Shown piece after piece: positions 41,564-53,515 of a DNA stretch of 64,000 bases. Location: positions 75,144,001-75,208,000 of the forward strand of contig NC_043007.1 in the NCBI RefSeq assembly GCF_006345805.1, written 5' to 3'. The DNA is from Octopus sinensis (lineage: Eukaryota). The translations under genes and the position numbers were made by a program. The notes under the pieces were generated by a model that was given only the letters and a program-made list of their open reading frames with translations, made no database searches and was not told the DNA's origin. Numbering within the stretch: position 1 is the first letter of the stretch; each line of letters starts with the position of its first letter.

Positions 41564-41822
41564 ATGATCTGACACATTTGGAGGCTTAATAAAAGCACAA
41601 AATAAGAAATAATGAAAAGAAACATTTTATTTTCTGAATGTACATATAATGCCATTTTATTTCATTAAGTTTTAAAACTTAAATCAGTTGGAGACGTTCA
41701 TGAAAGTTATTGATAACTCTATGGATCATTTCTTCTGGAATGGTGAATTCAGAAAATAAAATTTTTCTTTTCATTTTTTCTTATTTTGTGCTTTTATTAA
41801 ACCTCCAAATGTGTCAGATCAT
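41564..41822. repeat. Fold-back with 76-bp arms (3 mismatches), 107-bp loop
   Basis: ATGATCTGACACATTTGGAGG...TTTCTGAAT versus ATTCAGAAA...CCTCCAAATGTGTCAGATCAT. Confidence 0.92.
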
Positions 41823-41955
41823 TTTGGTCCACCCTGTACTTTCATTCTACTTGACCCATTACTCTGACACAAACTACTTTAGTAAAAGTAACATCTTGAG
41901 TTAGATTCCTTATAAAGTCTGAGAAACTTCTACAATATAAATCTTTTTTTTCTAG

Positions 41956-42040
41956 GGATGATCCTCGTTTCCCTACTGTCCGTGGTATATTAAGAAGAGG
42001 AATGACTATTGAAGGCTTAAAACAGTTTATAATCGCTCAA
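41956..42040 (+). CDS. EPRS: EPRS exon ([28 protein letters not shown])
   Basis: ctAG/GTAAGT, 85 nt, phase 2 to 0. Confidence 0.98.
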
Positions 42041-42857
42041 GTAAGTTGTGCTTGGATTAAATAGAAATTGCAAAATTTTATTTGTGGTAAGTCTTGTACA
42101 AAGAACGTCATGGTTGCTGTATTTATTTGTTAAACATTTTGTTGCAAAAAGTGGCTGAGTTCCTTTCAAGTGTTGGGCCTCAAAGAGGCAATGACCGAGA
42201 CCTTTGGTATTATGTTGTGGCAGATACTGGTGTCATGCAAATGGCACCCATGCCAGTGGCATGTAAAAAAAGCACCCTTTACACTCTGAGGGCATTCAGC
42301 CATAGAAAACCATGCCAAATTTGACCAGAGTCTGGTGCAGCCTTCCAACTTACCAACCCTGATCAAATCATCTAACCCATGCCAGCATGGACAACGGACG
42401 TAAAATGATGATGAATGTTATATTTTTGGATGTGTGGTAAGAAGTTTGCTTCCTAACCACGTGGTTCCTAGTTCAGTCCCACTGCAAGGCACCTTCGGCA
42501 AGTGTCTTCTATTATAGCTTCAGGATGACCAAATTCTTGTGAGTGGATTTGATGAACAAAAACTGAAATAAGCCCATGGTGTGTGTCTTTGTATCCCCCC
42601 CCCACCTCTTGACAACCGGTGTTGTGTTTACATTCCCATGACTTAGCAGTTATGCAAAAGAGACCAACAGAATAAGTCCTGGGATCAATTAGTTTGACTA
42701 AAATCCTTCTAGGCGGTGCCCCAGCATGACCACAGTCTAATGACTGAAACAAGTAAAAGATAGAAGATAACAAATACTGAAATACATAAACAGAAAGAGA
42801 GAGATGGTGGGAGGAGAGAAATACTATTGTAAAAAAAAACTTGATCCTTGATATTAA

Positions 42858-43330
42858 AGAATACCCTCCATCAGGCATTTGCCATATCCTGAACGCCTTA
42901 CTTCCCTGGGCATGGACACATTGAAACTCCGACGTCTGGCAGCTGACTTGGCAGACACCCATAAAATTATCAACCATCGCACAAACAATAACTCTGAGCA
43001 CCTTTTCAAACTCCACCCGTCTAACACCCGTGGACATATTTACAAAGTAAGAAAACAGCACAGCTCCCATGACTTCAGGAAACATTTTTTCACGCTGAGA
43101 GTTGCTGAAGCGTGGAACAAACTGCCGGCATCGGTTGTTAGTTGTCGGAGCACTGCATCCTTCAAAACTTCCATGCTTCCTGAGATTCGCCAACACTACA
43201 CTTGATACACACACAAGCATGTTCACTTTCCAGACATTTCTACACTACTGCATGTACTTTATATGCACTTTCTGACAAGTTGTGGTGCACCTGAGCACTG
43301 TATACAATAATTTCATTATTATTATATTAT
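42858..43330 (+). mobile_element. CR1/L2-clade LINE 3' fragment
   Basis: YPERLTSLGMDTLKLRRL..DL...TRGHIYK.RK...RKHFFTLRVAEAWNKLP, with an (ATT)n tail. Confidence 0.88.
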
Positions 43331-43344
43331 TAAAACAAAGGCTA

Positions 43345-43630
43345 TTTATCTATCTATCCGCTCAGTCGAAGTCAACTCTTGGTTACTCCATGGATCAGTG
43401 TCCTCCAGTCAGTTCTAACCTGGGCCGCTTCTTTCAGATTGGCTATGTCCATTCCAGTATCACTCTTGATGGTGTCAAGCCAGCGGGTTCTTGGTCGGCT
43501 TCTTCCTCTCTTGCCACTGACCATTCCGAGCATGATGTCCTTCTCCAGGGATTTTCTCCGCATAATATGACCAAAATATGCCCATCTATGCTTGGTGATC
43601 CTAGTTTCTAGTGACATTTTCGGCCTGATC
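43345..43630 (-). mobile_element. RTE (BovB-like) LINE 3' fragment
   Basis: RWAYFGHIMRRKSLEKDIMLGMVSGKRGRSRPRTRWLDTIK. Confidence 0.85.
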
Positions 43631-43955
43631 TGCTTAAGAACTTCACCATTACTTTGTTAATTCACGTTTAATCATTGTGAAAAATAAAGAATGTCGATTT
43701 GCTCAAATAAAGGCGGTGCTCTAGCATGGCCACAGTCAAATGACTGAAACAAATAAAAGAATCCATCAGAAGATGCAGTTTTATGAACAGAGAAATTGTA
43801 TTACTTTTGGGGTTTTTTTTTTCTTTATAATATTTCTGACTCGGCTAGTTTACAGAACAAAAAAATTCAAACGATGACAAACTTATATATGCAGAATGAT
43901 TGAAAAGTAACTCCCTATTTTAAAATACTTTTAAATTATTTATTAATTGTAATTT

Positions 43956-44427
43956 TTACAGAAGAATGGATATGAGAGGAAAGCTTTTGATATGAGGTTT
44001 TATTAAAAATTCAGTATGGGCTCCTAATGTCACCACCAACTTCTTGAGTCGCCTAGGAATTACATCAACTGATTTCACCAGGAACTCTTGTGGGATGGAA
44101 GACATAACTTCTTGTATTCTCCCTTCAAGCTCTTTCAAAGTCTTTGGTTTGGCATAGTAGACTTGTTCCTATAACCACCCCCAAAAGAAAGAAATCACAG
44201 GATGTTAAATTGGGACTCCTGGCTGGCCACTCACAAGGACCACAATGACCCATCCATCTCCCAACAAAATGGACATTCAGCCATTCACAAACAACAAGAG
44301 CAAAATGTAGAGTGGCACCATCTTGCATGAAAATCAAATCTTTAATATCAGTATTCTTCCAAGCACTGATAACTGGCCAGATCTCATCTTGCAACATAGT
44401 GAGGTACTGTAGGGAGTTACTTTTCAA
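43956..44427 (-). pseudogene. Tc1/mariner-superfamily (maT/rosa-like) transposase C-terminal remnant
   Basis: FMQDGATLHFALVVCEWLNVHFVGRWMG..GP.EWPARSPNLTSCDFF plus frameshifted ..KPKTLKELEGRIQEV..SIP. Confidence 0.8.
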
Positions 44428-44641
44428 TCAACCTATATATAATATATCTTTTTTTAAACTTTTTAATTGATTATATTTCCTCTCTGGTCCTTGACAGAAA
44501 ACTTATTACAGTCATAGATTTTTTTTTTTGTTGTTGATTAGAATAAAAAAAGAATTGAGAAATTGTTGGAAAACCTAAACAACCAAAATGAATATTCATT
44601 TATTTTCTATTTATTTGTATTTATTTTCCACTTATTTCTAG

Positions 44642-44701
44642 GGTTCTTCAAAATCAATAGTCATGATGGAATGGGATAAAATATGGGCAATCAACAAAAA
44701 G
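44642..44701 (+). CDS. EPRS: EPRS exon (GSSKSIVMMEWDKIWAINKK)
   Basis: ctAG/GTAATT, 60 nt, phase 0 to 0. Confidence 0.97.
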
Positions 44702-45290
44702 GTAATTTTTCATTCCAAAAAAAATAGTTCTTGTTATTCTACTTCTTTGAGCAATGGAAAGTATTTTAGTAGCAATTTATGATAAATTATTGAATATTTA
44801 ATTTCTTTTATAAATATTAACCTCTGCGACTGAATTATTCTAATGCATCATTTATTTTAGCTTACAACCACCCATTCACTTACATTCCTTTTTCCAAACT
44901 GGCAAAGTATCATCAGCTAGTTATTATTATTTTTTTTTATGTGATTAAGAGTGTTGCTTAGTGTCTTTCCAATGATAACCACAGTTAATTCTATCTAATT
45001 GCTCAACTTTGATAATTTTACCTCAGCTGTGAACCAGGGTTCTAGAAGGTTGAACAACTATGTAAAACATCCATCATTGGTTCAGTGTTTCAAGGACTGT
45101 AAAGAATGGTGCTAAACCTAACTAAAACTCGGTATACTTTGTCTAACAGATTATAAAAATATAATTATGTTGTATATCTATATCAAAGTTAGTCGGTTGG
45201 AGGAGCTTAATAATCACATATACTTGACAAAACCAAAGTTTTAATGTATTTATGTATTGGTAATACTAAGTATATTATAATTCATTTCAG

Positions 45291-45401
45291 GTTATTGATC
45301 CAATTGTCCCAAGATATACTGCTCTGACTAAAGACGGAGCTGTTTCTGTTACTGTTAAAGATGCAACCCCTTCATCAAAAGAAGTAGCAAAGCATCCCAA
45401 G
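45291..45401 (+). CDS. EPRS: EPRS exon (VIDPIVPRYTAL...KEVAKHPK)
   Basis: ttcAG/GTTTGA, 111 nt, phase 0 to 0. Confidence 0.96.
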
Positions 45402-46015
45402 GTTTGATCATTTTTAACATTTTTTTCATTAAAACCATCCTTTATCTGATAATAGATGAGTTTTTTTTGTTAACTGCAACCCTCATTTCCATAATATATG
45501 GTAATCCTATAGCACTGCATTCCTTCTTTCAGATACATGTATAATAGAAACTAAAAGAAGCCCATCATATACAAAGCATTTATAATTGGACTTTGGACCT
45601 CACTGAGGAAATGACAAGGAACTGGGAGATGTGGCAATTAGCTGTACTTGATAAGCTGTGTCAAGCTTAGAAATATTGCTGTCTTCCACACATACATGCT
45701 TGTCCCTTCATGTGCCAGAGCTGTGTAAATGCACCTATGCCACTGGCACGTAAAATGCACCCAGTACACTCTGTAAAATAGTTGGCATTAGGAAGGGCAT
45801 CCAGCCATAGAAACCATGCCACAACAGACAATTAGGGTCTGGACATTGCAGGTGGCTAGCTCCATGTCAAACCATCCAACCCATGCCAGCATGGAAAGTG
45901 GATATTAAATGATCATTATCATCATGATAAATTACATCGATTATAGAATATTGTGCTAGCAGTGACAATGGTATTCACAGGGATTTTATATGATTATTAC
46001 TTTTTTATGTTTTAG

Positions 46016-46152
46016 AATGATTCTGTTGGAACAAAGCTTGTATGTTATGGACCTAATATTATTATTGAGAAAGAAGATGCTGAGTCCTTGAAAGAAGGAG
46101 AAATTGCAACATTCATCAACTGGGGAAATCTAAAAATTGAATCAATTAAAAA
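46016..46152 (+). CDS. EPRS: EPRS exon (NDSVGTKLVCYGPNIIIEKEDAESLKEGEIATFINWGNLKIESIK)
   Basis: ttAG/GTAAGT, 137 nt, phase 0 to 2. TFINWGN motif of the anticodon-binding domain. Confidence 0.96.
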
Positions 46153-47769
46153 GTAAGTTTATAATGCTAATTATCACATTTTTTAATTGAAAACTCCATA
46201 ATTTTTTTCATTGGATTTTTGTTTTTCAAATTTTTCTGTTTTCTAAGGTAAAAAAAGCATAAGAGATTTTCCCTTCCTCCTTAAAGAGTCAAATTCCTAA
46301 TGTCTTTGTTTCAATTAGGTGCCTGCATGGCTGTTAGGTTAAGGAGCCTGCTTCCTAACTACATGGTTTCAGATTCGGCCCTGCTATGTCACACCTTGGA
46401 AAGTCTTCTACTGTAGCCTCAGCCCATCCAATGCTTTGTGAGTGGATTTGGCAAATGGAAACAAAAAGATCCTATTGTATACATATGTATGCGTGTGAGT
46501 GTGTATGTTTGTATCTCCTTGTGTTAACAACGTATGAAAGTTGTAAATGAGTGTCACTGTCATACAAGCATTGTCATTCATTTCCAATATTCTGTGTAGT
46601 TAAGAAATTCTTTTTGCAGTTATGTGCTTTTGGTTTCAATTTCACTTCACAGCACTTTTGGCGAGTGTCTTCTATCAAAACCTTGTGAATGAAATTTGGT
46701 TGTCAGAAAATGTGTAGGAGCCTCTCATAGGGACCATTCTTGTTTTTGTGGAGTAGACTTCATCAGTCTCTTAGTCTTACACCACCACCTACAGACCTGG
46801 TCTCTATATGTATTGACAGAATTACACTCAACATTATGGCTCTATTTCATTTAAAATATTCACAGAAATACACTTAGCATTATAATTCTATTAAATGTAA
46901 ATGTTCACAGAAATATGCATAACTTTGTATCTCAATTTCGTTTAAATGTTGACAGACATTTTGTCTTGCAAATTACTCAGCAACTCTGCTGGTGCCATGT
47001 AAAAGGCACATATGCTAGTGCCATGTACAAAGCACATGTGGTAGTGCTGTGTAAAGAACACATGTGGTCGTTTCATGTGGAAAACATGCTTGTCAGTTCC
47101 ACGTAATAAGCACATGTGCCAATGCCACACAAAAAGCACCCAGTATACTCTGTGAAGTGATTGGCATTAGGATGGGTATCCAGCTGTAGGGACCACGCCA
47201 AAACAGATGCCTGAAGCCTGGTGCAGCTCTCCAGCCTACCAGCTCGTCAAATCATCCAACCCTTACCAGCATGAAAAACAGGCATTAGATGATGATGATG
47301 ATGACGATGAAAGACACAGCAGCTGCATATACTTGATGCTCTCTCTCTTTTACTTGTTTCAGTCATTTGACTGCAGCCATGCTGGAGCACTTCCTTTAAT
47401 CGAGCAACTCGACCCCGAGACTTATTCTTTTGTAAGCCCAGTACTTATTCTGTCGGTCTTTTTTGCCGAACCGCTAAGTAACGGGGACATAAACACACCA
47501 GCATCGGTTGTCAAGCAATGCTAGAGGGACAAACACAGACACACAAACACACATGCATATATACATATATGCGACAGGCTTCTTTCAGTCTACCAAATCC
47601 TCTCACAAGGCTTTGGTCAGCCCGAAGCTATAGTAGAAGACACTTGCCCAAGGTGCCACACAGTGGGACTGAACCCGGAACCATGTGACAAGTAAGCAAG
47701 CTACTTACCACACAGCCACTCCTGTGCCTATGCCTTCACAAAACTAAATTTCAACAATTGTTTTATTAG

Positions 47770-47824
47770 GAATGCTGCCGGTGCTGTATCTAATATTGTT
47801 GCCAGCTTGGATTTAGAAAACACT
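47770..47824 (+). CDS. EPRS: EPRS short exon (NAAGAVSNIVASLDLENT)
   Basis: ttAG/GTGAGT, 55 nt, phase 2 to 0. Links the flanking exons in frame. Confidence 0.9.
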
Positions 47825-48314
47825 GTGAGTTAATTGATTTTTTATGTTATTTACATTGTTCTATTTTGTAGTTTATTTACAACTTTTTGTAGATTATTTT
47901 TTATATTACTAATTGTATTGTTTTTATATAATGCACACCACTATTTCTGGAAAGTGAAAGTAAAACTATAAGTCAGTGCATATATAATATGCCCTGGTTT
48001 CTCTGTTTAACCCCTTAGCATTTAAACTGATCATATCCAGCCCCAATATTTAACCTATTATATATTCAAACTGGCCAAATCCTGTCTCTCTCACCTACCC
48101 TACAATGTCATTCTAAAAATAAACAATCACATTACGAAATCTCAAAGCTATGAGATTATGCATGAGTAATTCAAAACAATGTGAAAGAATAAGCAATGCA
48201 TTTGCTGGAGTAATATGAATGATAAAAGGTTTTAAAAAAGCATTGTCATTAAAAATGAGATATTAAAGAACAAAACAGTAGGTGTATATTTAAAAGAAGA
48301 AAAGAGCATGCTGA

Positions 48315-48535
48315 CATGGGTTTCACCGGCCCCTGTGCCAGTGGCATGTAAAAAGTACCTACTACACTCACGGAGTGGTTGGCGTTAGGAAGGGCATCCA
48401 GCTGTAGAAACACTGCCAGATCAGACTGGAGCCTGGTGCAGCCTCCTGGCTTCCCAGACCCCAGTCAAACCATCCAACCCATGCCGGCATGGAAAACGGA
48501 CGTTAAACGATGATGATGATGATGATGATGATATA
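48315..48535 (+). mobile_element. RTE-tail repeat (family E) with (GAT)n tail
   Basis: GAGTGGTTGGCGTTAGGAAGGGCATCCAGCTGTAG...CATGGAAAACGGACGTTAAACGATGATG. Many copies, e.g. 30607-30990, 31905-32170, 33450-33700, 54755-55280, 60020-60180, 62025-62335. Confidence 0.85.
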
Positions 48536-48598
48536 AAAAAAAAAAATGTAATTTGATCCTCATGAATTCCTGAAACAAACAAATAAATGAATGCTTAA

Positions 48599-48817
48599 CC
48601 CTTTAATGTTCATATTATTCTATCAAACGTAATGCTTATTGATTCACATTGATTTGAATTGATCATGCATTATCCCATATCTTCAAGATCTTGATGGTGT
48701 AATTACTTAGTGTAGAATAACATTGTAGGGTAGGTGTGAGAGCCTGGATCTGGTCAGTTTGAACATAAAACAGATAAAATATTTTGGTCGGATATGGCCG
48801 GTTTAAATACTAAAGGG
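48599..48817. mobile_element. piggyBac-type MITE (~220 bp)
   Basis: TTAA|CCCTTTA...TAAAGGG|TTAA. Related copies near 22535-22750, 26701-26926, 34740-34975, 48006-48230, 57731-57958 and 62480-62702. Confidence 0.8.
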
Positions 48818-49234
48818 TTAAAATAGATGTATCATGTACTATCTTTGTTTTTCGTTCAAAAACGGTCCTTAACTCTTTGAAGAACTCTTACTGAATTGAA
48901 AAATATAAGCAAGTAAAAAGCTGTGGTGCAAATGCCACATAAAAAACACCCAGTACATACTGTAAAGTGGTTGACATAAGGAAGGGCATCCAGCCATAGA
49001 AACTATGCCAAAACAGACGATGCAGCCTGGTGCAGCTCCCAGCCTTTACCAACTCCTATCAAGCTGTCCAATCCATGCCAGCATGGAAAACAGATGTTAA
49101 TTGATGATGGTGGTGGTGGTGATATTGCAGTAGTAGTTGTAAAAAAATTTCAGTTATTCATTTTGTTTTTAATAGTTTATTTAAAGAAAAATGGTTTTTC
49201 TCCCTTGAATATTTTTACTCTTTTACAATTTCAG

Positions 49235-49387
49235 GATTATAAAAAAACACAAAAACTCACCTGGTTACTTGATTCTGAGGGGTGTCATTTAGTGCCTACA
49301 GTTGCAGTTACCTTTGACCATATCATCTCAAAACCATTGCTGGGCAAAGATGAAGATTTTAAACAATTTGTAAACTACAATTCTAAG
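49235..49387 (+). CDS. EPRS: EPRS exon (DYKKTQKLTWL...FDHIISKPLLGKDEDFKQFVNYNSK)
   Basis: tcAG/GTAACT, 153 nt, phase 0 to 0. Confidence 0.97.
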
Positions 49388-50041
49388 GTAACTAATTTAA
49401 TTTTGGTTTCAGTTATAAAAACTACATTTTTGTAATCAAACTTGCTATTGACTCAGTAAAATCTTTATATATAAAATTTAAGTTGTGCGTGTGAGACTCT
49501 GTCTCCTCCGATTTAGATTCCTAACTACTCCCACATTTTGTGGTGCAGTTTAACCAAAAGCGGGTATCTTATAGCCATCATATCGAGCCCTTCTGGGTAT
49601 TAGCATGAGTCTATGATTTAAAAAAAATTTACCATCATTTTTCCACATTTTTGCTTGGGTTATATAAGAGAAGTAACTCTCTAAAAATGCTTATATAGCT
49701 ATTTCCCTTACAAACCCGAGCAACGCCAGGCAATACTGCTAGTATTTCATATATCTCTTCTCTTGTTGTATCTCAGAATTATTGATATCTTCCTTTATGC
49801 AGTTCCTTCATTGGTTTTAGTTATCTCATCCACATATTTATATCTCCCTCTCATAAAGAAGCAATTTCACTGGATTAATTTATGTTATGTACTGCTGTTA
49901 TTGTTGTGGGTTAGCCTTGTGTCTGGTAAAACAGAGATGTGATCATAATCAGGATTTTCTAGTCTTTTCAGACTTGGTTTATCTGAAACTACATTGCCCA
50001 ATGTATCCTTCTCTTTTTTAAAGATAATCGAGTGTGATTTG

Positions 50042-50141
50042 NNNNNNNNNNNNNNNNNNNNNNNNNNNNNNNNNNNNNNNNNNNNNNNNNNNNNNNNNNN
50101 NNNNNNNNNNNNNNNNNNNNNNNNNNNNNNNNNNNNNNNNN
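50042..50141. other. Assembly gap (100 N)
   Basis: Run of n characters. Confidence 1.
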
Positions 50142-50860
50142 TTGCAATCCCTGAGTCAAAATCAGTGCGTGACCTGGGCATTGACATGAGCAATGATGCA
50201 TCTTTCCAAATGCATATGCTAATCTGGTGATAAAATGCAGACGGCTAGCTGGATGGATTCTCCGACTTTCAGAAAACAAGAGAGAAGGAGACACTGATGG
50301 TCCTATGGAAAACATTTGTCCTCAGCCGCTTGGACTACTGCTCCCAACTTGGTCACCACACAATAAAAACAAACAGCAGAACTTGAAGCAACTCAGAGAA
50401 GCTACACAAAGAAAATCGTCTCAATGCAAAATGTCAGCTACTGGGAAGACTGAAGTTATTAAACCTCTTCTCCCTGGAGCGGAGGCGGGAGAGATATGCA
50501 GTAATATACATCTGGAAAATCCTGGAGGGTCTTATCCCAAACTTTGGCATTCAAAGTTACTCCAACCGCAGAACGGGCGCCGCTGCGTGGTGCCAAGGAT
50601 TCCAACATCACCATCAAAATACAGGTCCAGATACTGCAACAGCTTGGGTTTCAGAGGACCGCAGCTTTTCAACATCCTCCCTAAATGCCTGAGAGACTTA
50701 CATGGTGTGGATGTGGTTTTCTTTAAAACTAAACTGGATCTCTTCTTGTTGGAAGTCCCAGATGAACCTACCTCACGACAGGAGACGCGGATGCGGGCAG
50801 CAGCATCGAACTCCCTTGTTGATCAAGTGCCACGTATCAGAGGTGGATTCACAAACTAGT
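50142..50860 (+). mobile_element. Frameshifted LINE (CR1/L2/Jockey group) RT C-terminus right after the gap
   Basis: SVRDLGIDMS, CRRLAGWILR, NSLGFRGPQLFNILPK.LRDL, LDLFLLEVPDEP. Confidence 0.82.
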
Positions 50861-50931
50861 GTGGCTCATTCAGCGGTGGTGCCCAGCATGGCCGCGGCCT
50901 TCGGGCTAAAACATTTTAAGGATTTAAGGAT

Positions 50932-50962
50932 CTATATATATATATATATATATTTATATCTA

Positions 50963-51001
<39 letters not shown>

Positions 51002-51006
51002 CTATC

Positions 51007-51041
<35 letters not shown>

Positions 51042-51178
51042 TATTTATATCTATCTATATATATATATATATGGTGCTAGAGTGAGCAATATAGTGACCA
51101 CTCTCTTATATTGATTTTATATATATATATATATATTTATTCTATCTATATATATATATATATATATATTTATATCTA

Positions 51179-51217
<39 letters not shown>

Positions 51218-51220
51218 CTA

Positions 51221-51261
<41 letters not shown>

Positions 51262-51336
51262 CTATCTATATATATATATATATATATCTATATATATATA
51301 TATATATTTATATCTATCTATATATATATATCTATC

Positions 51337-51369
<33 letters not shown>

Positions 51370-51608
51370 CTATCTATATATATATATCTATCTATATATA
51401 TATATAATTATATATATATATATATAATATATATAATATTATATATAATAATATATATATATATAATATATATATATATATAATATATATATTTATATCT
51501 ATCTCTATCTATATATATATATATATATATTATATCTATCTATATATATATCTATCTAATAGATATATATATATATATATATCATACTATATATAATATA
51601 TATTCATA

Positions 51609-51649
<41 letters not shown>

Positions 51650-51725
51650 TATATTATATATATATTTATATCTATCTATATATATATTATATCTATATCT
51701 ATATATATATATATATGTGTGTGTG
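50932..51725. repeat. Large compound (TA)n/(TATC) microsatellite block
   Basis: Direct reading. TATATATTTATATCTATCTA units recur. Confidence 0.95.
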
Positions 51726-52081
51726 TTTGTCTTTGTGTCGGTGTTTTTTTTTTTTGTTCCTGTAACATAGTAGTTTGGCAAAAGAGAGCAACTAAAAAAC
51801 CTTTCGAGGCTGTGCCCCAGCATAGCCACAGTGAAATTACTGAAACATGTAAAAGATAAAATTGAATAAATAGACACATCAAGAATCACTTAAAGAATAT
51901 AACTTCTATTTACTCACTTTTAATAAATTATTGTAAAATATTCTCAGAGAGAATTTCCAAGTAAGCAATACTATTACATGTATGTGTTTGTGTGTGTGTA
52001 CATATACTGAAAGCCCAAACTATTGTCACACTATTTCAATTACTTTTAATATTTTTCTATTTGTTTCTGTTTCTATTGAAG

Positions 52082-52208
52082 TCGTTTCTCTGGTTTAGAA
52101 AGTCCATGTGTCCTTTTCTATATTCCTGATGGTCATCAGAAAGAAAAGTCAAAATCTGGAGTCTGCGATAAACAAGAACAACCTCGTCAAGAAATTAGTG
52201 CTAAAGAA
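52082..52208 (+). CDS. EPRS: EPRS exon (RFSGLESPCVLFYIPDGHQKEKS...AKE), end of GluRS domain
   Basis: gaAG/GTAAGT, 127 nt, phase 2 to 0. PCVL.YIPDGH motif. Confidence 0.93.
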
Positions 52209-52311
52209 GTAAGTCTTCCCATAAATGATTGTTATTTGCAGTATGTTTCTTATTTGAAAGGGTTGTAAAAACTGCTGATCAACTTTTATAGGAAAGATCA
52301 ATACAATATAG

Positions 52312-52723
52312 GGATCTTTTCGGTTTGAACAGCAGTTTTTTCTAGCAGTGTCATATGAAATTGTCACCCATAATTATGACCCTAGTATCGATCTATTGCA
52401 TTTCAATCTGTTTTAGGGTTAGGGGTGGGGGGAAGGGTATCTTTTTTTCTTCACAAATGTAAATAAACCCAATCTGTTTCTTAAACGAGGGACATATTCA
52501 TACAGCACAGAATGTTTTTTTACCTCAATAGACATCATTGATTGGTTGAAATTGCAGAAATTGAAGAAAAAAACAACAAATATCTTACAAACTATAGAAT
52601 TTTCTCAATAAAGCCAAGAGAAAAAGATGTTTTATAAACACATTCTACCAGTATACGAAGTTTAAAAGTGTTTAGTTACGTGGAAATTATTTTTTAAAAC
52701 TGCCGTTCAAACCAAAAAGATCC
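52312..52723. mobile_element. Merlin-type MITE, 412 bp, 28-bp TIRs, 8-bp TSD
   Basis: TIR GGATCTTTT(C/T)GGTTTGAAC(A/G)GCAGTTTT at both ends (2 mismatches). Perfect TSD CAATATAG at 52304-52311 and 52724-52731. Confidence 0.9.
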
Positions 52724-53004
52724 CAATATAGATTTGGCCTGCTTGAATCTCTTCTGTGATATAAAATTGTCAGGAGTTGCTTGGGTTGAAACTATTACTC
52801 AGTTTTCTGATTATAACTATTTCATAGAGACATGCCCATTAGCTTAGTGCACTACAAGTTATATTAACAGGCATTGTCTATAACTTTAGATGTTAGACTA
52901 AGAGGAACATGTTGTGTAAAGTCTTAATAAACTGGCACCCTGTCAGTTATGACAATCAGGGTTCCAGTTGATCCGACCAGTGGAACAGCCTGTTCATGAA
53001 ATAA

Positions 53005-53515
53005 AATAATAATATATAATAATAATGAAATTATTGTATACAGTGCTCAGGTGCACCACAACTTGTCAGAAAGTGCGTATAAAGTATATGCAGTAATGTA
53101 CAAATGTCTGGAAAGCGAACGATGTATGAGTCAGATACATGCTTGTGCGTGTATGGAGGGGAGAAAATCAGGTGTAGTGTTGGCGAATCTCAGGAAGCAT
53201 GAAAGTTTTGAAGGATGCAGTGCTCCGACAACTAACAACTGATGCCGGCAGTTTGTTCCATGCTTCAGCAACTCTCAGCGTGAAAAAATGTTTCCTAAAG
53301 TCATGGGAGCTGTGCTGTTTTCTGACTTTGTAAATATGTCCATGGGTGTTAGACAAGTGGAGTTTGAAAAGGTGCTCAGAGTTATTGTTTGTAAGATGGT
53401 TAATAATTTTATGGGTGTCTGCCAAGTCAGCTGCCAGATGTCGGAGTTTCAATGTGTCCATGCCCAGGGAAGTAAGGCATTCAGAATATGGTAAATGCCT
53501 GATGGAGGGTATTCT
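53005..53515 (-). mobile_element. Second copy of the same CR1/L2 3' fragment
   Basis: Near-identical translation (ORF 53168-53551) and the same tail. Confidence 0.88.

Noticed and set aside
41555-41575. Box C/D snoRNA motifs (ATGATGA...CTGA) in EPRS introns
   Set aside because: The ATGATGA hits are (GAT)n tails of RTE-type repeats and lack terminal stems.
51948-51960. 13-nt AG...GTAAGC micro-exon as the missing EPRS exon
   Set aside because: Wrong phase (0 to 1) and far too short for the missing conserved segment.
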